DNA from: Thecamonas trahens ATCC 50062
Taxonomy: Eukaryota > Protista > Apusomonadida
Length of the DNA stretch: 6,930 nt
Assembly: GCF_000142905.1 (NCBI RefSeq)
Contig: NW_013657579.1
Span: 1-6,930, forward strand
Reading direction: 5' to 3'
Below the pieces are notes generated by a model. The model saw only the letters and a program-made list of their open reading frames with translations, did no database searches and was not told the origin of the DNA. Position numbers and translations under genes: made by a program. Positions within the stretch are counted from its first letter, which is position 1, and every line of letters starts with the position of its first letter. This document shows positions 1 to 4,928 of the stretch, one piece after another.

Positions 1-210
1 TCGACTCCTTGTAACGAACCGGAATCGTTGGACGATTGCGGGCACGAGAGTTAATCGTTAGTCGATCCTTGTAACGAACCGGAATCGTTGGACGATTGTG
101 GGTACGAGAGTTAATCGTTGGTCGATCCTTGTAACGAACCGGAATCGTTGCACGATTGTGGGTACAAGAGTTAATCGTTGAACGATTAGGGTAACGTTGA
201 GTAATCGTCG
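1..210. repeat. Tandem array of 30-bp monomers arranged as ~3.5 copies of a 60-bp A/B dimer, with a palindrome at each monomer junction
   Basis: 1-60, 61-120 and 121-180 are near-identical (gtcgatccttgtaacgaaccggaatcgttg + gacgattgtgggtacgagagttaatcgttg). 181-210 is a diverged seventh monomer. AATCGT recurs every 30 bp (23, 53, 83, 113, 143, 173, 203). The array is cut by the window edge. Confidence 0.95.
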
Positions 211-313
211 GATGCGAAAGGTGTCCGCAACGGTCCCGAAACAGACCGAGTGTGGCATCGGCATCGTATTCGGCAGGGGAAGATACCTCTCTCCGAGCCA
301 GCAAGCGAGAGGC

Positions 314-1612
314 ATGGCAACGATCACGTCCCTCCCCACAGAACTCATCCATCTCGTGGCGTACACACTCAGAATGCTCTCCGGACGCGATGTGGTCGCC
401 CTCGCCTCGACTTGCACCCGACTCCATACCGCACTCCTCGGCTCACACCATGGTCAGGCACAGGCACGGGCACTCGGCGGATTCGATGTCTGTATGGCGC
501 ATGGATGGTGGCGATCGGCGTGGATAGCCATGATGCGGCAGGCCGAGATCGAGGAGTTCATCGAACTGTGGTTCATCGAGAAGTTGGGCCGGCGATCGTG
601 GTCCAAGTCCCGCATGGAGCGCGTGGCCATGGCCAGAGCCATGGATGACGAGTGGTGGCGGAAGGTGGTGGTGGCGGTCATGAAGAGCCGCGCAGCTATC
701 AAGATCAGGAGGCGACAGACGATCATGGGCTTGCGATGGTTGACGGATGACAGATGGATGGGCATGGGGAGTATCATTGCTCTCGGCGGCGGCGAGGAGA
801 TGGAGGAGCTGGCGCTCGAGCTGGTGGAGCTGGCCGACGACAACGAGAAGACCACCATGCTCATGGCGGCAGCAGTGAAGGGTTTGCCTCGTCTTGTGGA
901 GCGATTGCTGGAGGAGAGCGGCGTGGATGCCGGACCCGATGACGACTTTCCGCTCCGGGTGGCCGTAGCCGCCGGCCGTGCCGACATCGTGGCGCAGCTG
1001 CTGGCCCATCCGTATGTCAATCCGGGGGCAAAGGGCGGCTTTGCCATTCGGACAGCTGTCACCGATGGTCACACTGACATCTTGAAGATGCTCTTGGCGC
1101 ATCCGCGCGTCAGCCCGTCATCCATCTCCGAGACCGAGTTTGCCTTGCTGGCTAGCGAAGGGGACGCCGACACCTTGGCGCTCCTCTTCGCCCATCCGCG
1201 CTTTAGCGTCCGGGCCAGGGACTACGACCTTGCCATCGATTGTGCCATCCGCGAGGGGCACACGCACATTGCCGAGCTGATCGTTGGCAACACATGGGCA
1301 TTCGAGTCCCGGAGCACCAAGAGCACCTTTGCGTGGGCAGCGAGGGAAGGCCACACCGAGATTGTGCAGCAACTGCTTGCGAATCCAGCTGTGGATCCAT
1401 CGACAGACAACAACTACGCGTTGCAAGTGGCGAGCATGGCCGGGCATGCAGAGGTCGTCGCGCTGCTTCTGGCTCATCCGCGCGTCGATCCGTGTGTCAG
1501 CAACAACATCTCTATTCGGTTGGCCGCAAAGAACAGACACGACCACGTCGTTGCCTTGCTCGCAGCCGACCCGCGCGTCGATGCCGCCGCCGCAAGCGGT
1601 CCCGCCCGTTAG
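314..1612 (+). CDS. F-box-like / ankyrin-repeat protein (432 aa)
   Basis: The long ORF 197..1612 begins at a TTG inside the repeat array. The ATG at 314 (ggcATGg, good Kozak-like context) directly precedes LPTELIHLVAYTL...RDVVALASTCTRLHTAL, which resembles an F-box (LPxE start, C at the VC/TC position). The C-terminal half has ~8 ankyrin repeats, e.g. NYALQVASMAGHAEVVALLLAHPRVDP. An in-frame ATG at 212 is a less likely start. Confidence 0.85.
   Translation: MATITSLPTELIHLVAYTLRMLSGRDVVALASTCTRLHTALLGSHHGQAQARALGGFDVCMAHGWWRSAWIAMMRQAEIEEFIELWFIEKLGRRSWSKSRMERVAMARAMDDEWWRKVVVAVMKSRAAIKIRRRQTIMGLRWLTDDRWMGMGSIIALGGGEEMEELALELVELADDNEKTTMLMAAAVKGLPRLVERLLEESGVDAGPDDDFPLRVAVAAGRADIVAQLLAHPYVNPGAKGGFAIRTAVTDGHTDILKMLLAHPRVSPSSISETEFALLASEGDADTLALLFAHPRFSVRARDYDLAIDCAIREGHTHIAELIVGNTWAFESRSTKSTFAWAAREGHTEIVQQLLANPAVDPSTDNNYALQVASMAGHAEVVALLLAHPRVDPCVSNNISIRLAAKNRHDHVVALLAADPRVDAAAASGPAR
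851..1582 (+). repeat. ~8 ankyrin repeats of ~34 aa (GHxxVVxLLLAHPRVDP subtype, no TPLH)
   Basis: Recurring GLPRLVERLL, GRADIVAQLL, GHTDILKMLL, GDADTLALLF, GHTHIAELIV, GHTEIVQQLL, GHAEVVALLL and RHDHVVALLA, mostly followed by HP(R/Y)V, NPAV or DPRV. Confidence 0.9.
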
Positions 1613-1621
1613 CTGCTTTAC

Positions 1622-3151
1622 TTAGGCGCCGCGGTTGATGCCGAGGAGAGGGGATCGCTCCAAGCGCTGGCTGTTGCGACGGCGGCGGATGATAAAGACC
1701 ATGGCGAGCACCAGGCCGCATACGACGACGGCGCCGACTGCGGCGAGAATGATAGGTGTGGGGCTCGGATTGAAGGTAGAGGGTCCCTGTGCCGGCGGGT
1801 GCGGCGACGGCGGCGACGGCGGCGATAGCGGCGACGATGGCGGCGATGGCGGCGATGGCGGTGGCGATGGCGGTGAAGACGATGGCGATGGCGGTGAAGA
1901 CGATGGCGGTGGTGGAGGACAGGCCGGAGCGGGAGGCGACGGCGGAGACACACTGGTGGCAGGGTAGGCCATGACCGCAATGAGACCCATGGCAGCAAGA
2001 TCACGACCAGGCGCAGACGGCGAGTCAAAGAGGTTGGAGACAAGAAGCCGAACCGCGCCAGTCTTGCTTGGGATGGTGGTCCGGTTCCACGCCGCCGATC
2101 CGGTGGGCGTCAGCTGGAAGATCTTGGCCAATGTGTAGGCTGAGATGATGAGCGTGTCGGGCCCGTCTGGGACAAGGGCCGGGACAGTGACCATGTCAGG
2201 CACCTGGCTTCCAATTGTGCCAGGCTCGGCGATGTACTCGCCGACAACAAAGGTCATCGGTGCAGTCTGGACAACGCGGACGACAAAGGCAGTCGGCACG
2301 GACGAGTTTTCAACGGCGACGATGATGTCGGCGCGAGGGCCAGGGAAATGGCCTACGGCAATCGCGGTGACCGTTGCCTCTACCGGGCCTTGGTAGACGA
2401 GGACTGGCGCGTCGAGACCACCGTCAGAGCCCTTGTTGCGAACAAGCCAGACAGCAGGTGATGAAGAGCTGAAGACGAGGACGTCGTCGAGGCCGTCGCC
2501 GTCGACGTCGGCGAGGATCGGCCGGCTCATGCTGGCGTTGGAGAAGACGGGAATGGGCGTCGACAACTCATGCCCGCTGCCATGAGTATTGGCCATCCAC
2601 GCGAGAGTGTCCGGACTGCTCTCTGCCTCGCCTGGCAGTACCATGACCAAGTCCTGCGCAGGATGTGGGGCGGAGATGGCGGTCATGACCAGGGCCGACG
2701 GATGGATACCGGGATAGACCGGCACGAGTGGCTGCGAAAATCCCACGGGGGCGGCCGACATGTTGGCGTACACAAGGCCATCGTCCGCGTTGGCGAGGAC
2801 GATCATGGCGTGTGCATCTGGCCCGACCGCCGAGAGGAGACCAAAGGTGGCGGCCGATGTCTGGTGTGTCAGATCGATGGGATTGACATGCCAGGCCTTC
2901 TTGCCCTGGTTGCCAAGCATGGTAGGACTTGACATGGGCGAAGAAATGAGGATGTCACTGGGCGGCATGGGCTTGGTACTGATCGGAGCTAGAGAGCCAG
3001 CCACAAAGGTAGGCACTCCCGACATGGGAGGCAGGAAGCCAGTAGTGATCTTAATTGGTGCCTCATACACGAGGTGTGCACCTGGACCAAGGCCAACATC
3101 CGCATCAAGTGTAGCGGCAGCAGGGAGGACAAGGGCGAGGAGCAAGGTAGA
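1622..3151 (-). CDS. Single-pass type I membrane protein with FG-GAP/VCBS-like ectodomain (5'-partial; start probably within the N gap)
   Basis: About 509 open codons from the gap edge to TAA at 1624-1622. Signal-peptide-like LLLALVLPAAA at the gap edge. Ca-binding-type ADVDGDGLDDVLV (DVDGDGLDD at 2483-2509) plus degenerate copies (IAVGHFPGPRADIIV, LLVSNLFDSPSAPGRDLAA, PDGPDTLII). Pro/Ser stalk, 22-aa hydrophobic helix (1688-1753), RRRR stop-transfer and a 21-aa tail. Confidence 0.85.
   Translation of the reverse strand, partial: STLLLALVLPAAATLDADVGLGPGAHLVYEAPIKITTGFLPPMSGVPTFVAGSLAPISTKPMPPSDILISSPMSSPTMLGNQGKKAWHVNPIDLTHQTSAATFGLLSAVGPDAHAMIVLANADDGLVYANMSAAPVGFSQPLVPVYPGIHPSALVMTAISAPHPAQDLVMVLPGEAESSPDTLAWMANTHGSGHELSTPIPVFSNASMSRPILADVDGDGLDDVLVFSSSSPAVWLVRNKGSDGGLDAPVLVYQGPVEATVTAIAVGHFPGPRADIIVAVENSSVPTAFVVRVVQTAPMTFVVGEYIAEPGTIGSQVPDMVTVPALVPDGPDTLIISAYTLAKIFQLTPTGSAAWNRTTIPSKTGAVRLLVSNLFDSPSAPGRDLAAMGLIAVMAYPATSVSPPSPPAPACPPPPPSSSPPSPSSSPPSPPPSPPSPPSSPLSPPSPPSPHPPAQGPSTFNPSPTPIILAAVGAVVVCGLVLAMVFIIRRRRNSQRLERSPLLGINRGA
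1790..1950 (-). repeat. Low-complexity Pro/Ser-rich stalk (SPP repeats)
   Basis: ggcgac/ggcgat/ggcggc runs on +. An exact 21-bp duplication, ggcgatggcggtgaagacgat, sits at 1863-1883 and 1884-1904. Translates to PPPPPSSSPPSPSSSPPSPPPSPPSPP on -. Confidence 0.9.
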
Positions 3152-3458
3152 NNNNNNNNNNNNNNNNNNNNNNNNNNNNNNNNNNNNNNNNNNNNNNNNN
3201 NNNNNNNNNNNNNNNNNNNNNNNNNNNNNNNNNNNNNNNNNNNNNNNNNNNNNNNNNNNNNNNNNNNNNNNNNNNNNNNNNNNNNNNNNNNNNNNNNNNN
3301 NNNNNNNNNNNNNNNNNNNNNNNNNNNNNNNNNNNNNNNNNNNNNNNNNNNNNNNNNNNNNNNNNNNNNNNNNNNNNNNNNNNNNNNNNNNNNNNNNNNN
3401 NNNNNNNNNNNNNNNNNNNNNNNNNNNNNNNNNNNNNNNNNNNNNNNNNNNNNNNNNN
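3152..3458. other. Assembly gap (307 N)
   Basis: Run of N. Confidence 1.
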
Positions 3459-3614
3459 GCGTGTACATGAGCGCCGTTCGATAGCTCGCGTACACACGAG
3501 ATCAAGGTAAGAATTGGGCGCTCAGAGGCGCCCGTCGTCGTGTCGTCGTCGTCGCGCATCGTCGATCGGAGAGCCGACCGTGTCGAGGCCATCAGAGCGA
3601 GGTGGCAGCTGCTT

Positions 3615-3626
3615 TGATTCGCTCCG
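3615..3626 (-). promoter_or_regulatory. Candidate core-promoter/5' leader motif CGGAGCGAATCA (copy 1)
   Basis: An exact 12-mer also found at 6901-6912. Both copies lie on - just upstream of an ATG (3592 and 6866). Confidence 0.25.
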
Positions 3627-4222
3627 CTGGCCGTGAGTGTTAGCGACTCGTAGCAGTGGCGGCAATCATGAATAGAGGGAGAAGGCTCTCTAGCTCGGAA
3701 TCAACGAGGCCATGCCATCGATTCTGCGGTGCGATGGCGGTGGGTGCTACACGGATGGGGGCGAGGTCGCCGCGTAGCAAACCACAGGAAGTAGCCCCGT
3801 GTTGGCAGATATATCGGAGAAGTTGTCCATCTGCCCGACGCTCGTGGCGGCAATGAGTCCAAGCACCAACTCGCACCGGCCGAGGGATGTGTGGGTGCAC
3901 TGCCGATGTCGATGAGCTGCATAGCTGCATCAGCCCTCGTGACTGTGGTTTTGCCGGCCGATCAGTGGACCGGATGCTCCAACAACGGCCTTGCTGTGAA
4001 CGCCGGCAGCGTCGTTGTCAGCGGCGGCATCGACGAGATCGTCATCGATGGCGAGCGGCCGGATGAGATTGACGACGAGTCCGCGACCTCTACGCCCGCC
4101 GCGTCGTCTATGTCGTCGTCGCATGGCTGTTGCCTACGGCCCGTGCAACGGCGAGCAGACGAGTCTGGCGGCTACCCTCAGTGAGCTTGCTACTGCGCGA
4201 TCGTCGCGGGGGCGGCCTCGTC

Positions 4223-4916
4223 GCCTTGTGGTGCGAGATGGAGGCAGTGTTGGAGGCTGGCGGGCCGATGGCGCTCAGCGGGTACACGCGGGTGATGGCC
4301 AAGGTCTTGCTGCCACATGTAATCTACGCGCGCATCGACTGTGGGTCGCTGGAGGAGCTCCCTGCCGAGGCCTTTCTCGTGGGCGGCCGCACGATCGGTC
4401 GTTGCAGCGGGAGTAGAAGCGGGCTGGCCGGGCTCGGACGCCGCTGTTAGCTGAGCTCGGGCTCGGGCCTCGACCGCGTGTGGGCGCTGAGCATCGAGCT
4501 GGCGCTGGCGCGTGCGCTCGCCGAGGTCCACTCGATCACGGGTGGCGGGCACGACGTGGTGGTGGACCACAAGAGCGGACGGATGGTCATCAAGAGCAAC
4601 TAGGGGACGATGGCGGTGGTGCCATCGGTGGCGTACATGGCGCCGGAGCAGCTGCGCGGAGCCGATGAGGGTTTGAGGGCGACATGTTCACCTTTGGCAC
4701 GCTCCTCTACGAGATGCTCATGCGGGCGCCGGCGTTTGATGGCAGCAATGCCATGGGGGTCGGCCGTCAGGTCCTCACCAGCAACGCTGCTAGTGCGATG
4801 GCGGGTGATTCATCCGGCGGTGTTGGTCGGTCGATCCGCTGGTGAGGCCCATGGCGCAGGAGGCTGCAGATGTGCTGGCGGCAGCGAGGATGCGGACGCG
4901 GTGCTGGGGGGAGTAA
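4223..4916 (+). pseudogene. Decayed eukaryotic protein kinase domain (TKL/TK-like)
   Basis: Kinase subdomains occur in the correct order across three frames. Frame 2: ALWCEMEAV (III-like, 4223), HVIYARIDCGSLEEL (V, GSLEEL at 4343-4360), WALSIELALARALAEVHS (VIa), SVAYMAPEQLRG (VIII, YMAPE at 4634-4648). Frame 1: DMFTFGTLLYEML...PAFDG (IX, from 4681). Frame 3: FIRRCWSVDPLVRPMAQEAADVL (XI, CW..DP..RP at 4821-4850), ending in TAA at 4914-4916. There are in-frame TAG stops at 4448 and 4601, frameshifts near 4670 and 4809, and no intact HRD or DFG. The 5' boundary is uncertain. Confidence 0.85.
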
Positions 4917-4928
4917 AGGCGGTGGGTG

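Noticed and set aside
186-191. TTAGGG telomere hexamer
   Set aside because: Single copy, expected by chance.
1-210. CRISPR array
   Set aside because: The palindromic repeats are regularly spaced, but repeat and spacer are only 15 bp each, the spacers themselves repeat (ABAB), no cas genes are present and the context is eukaryote-like.
197-313. N-terminal extension of the ankyrin ORF from TTG 197
   Set aside because: It starts at a non-ATG codon inside the repeat array, and the F-box-like motif begins right after ATG 314.
1-417. Minus-strand ORFs through the array (58..417, and an open frame from ATG 352 off the left edge)
   Set aside because: They overlap the F-box start antisense and have no recognisable domain. 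The leftmost unit has a 1-bp insertion (tcgactcc vs tcgatcc) and one frame has a stop at 58-60, which is more consistent with non-coding DNA.
1635-1967. Gly/Asp-rich + strand ORF
   Set aside because: Antisense shadow of the Pro/Ser stalk and TM of the FG-GAP gene.
3504-3512. Strong splice-donor-like AAG|GTAAGA on +
   Set aside because: No supportable upstream exon or matching acceptor/branch point could be tied to it.
1622-3592. A single 656-aa CDS spanning the first gap
   Set aside because: Continuity relies on 307 Ns. A signal-peptide-like segment at the left gap edge suggests the real start is just inside the gap.
3640-4184. Short ORFs on both strands (3640..3930, 3656..3856, 3891..4184 and others)
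   Set aside because: No recognisable domains. They are likely intergenic or eroded 5' parts of the kinase relic.
4671-4677. 7-nt GT..AG micro-intron repairing the kinase frameshift
   Set aside because: Removing gtttgag does not join the YMAPE frame to the DMFTFG frame, and it is implausibly short.
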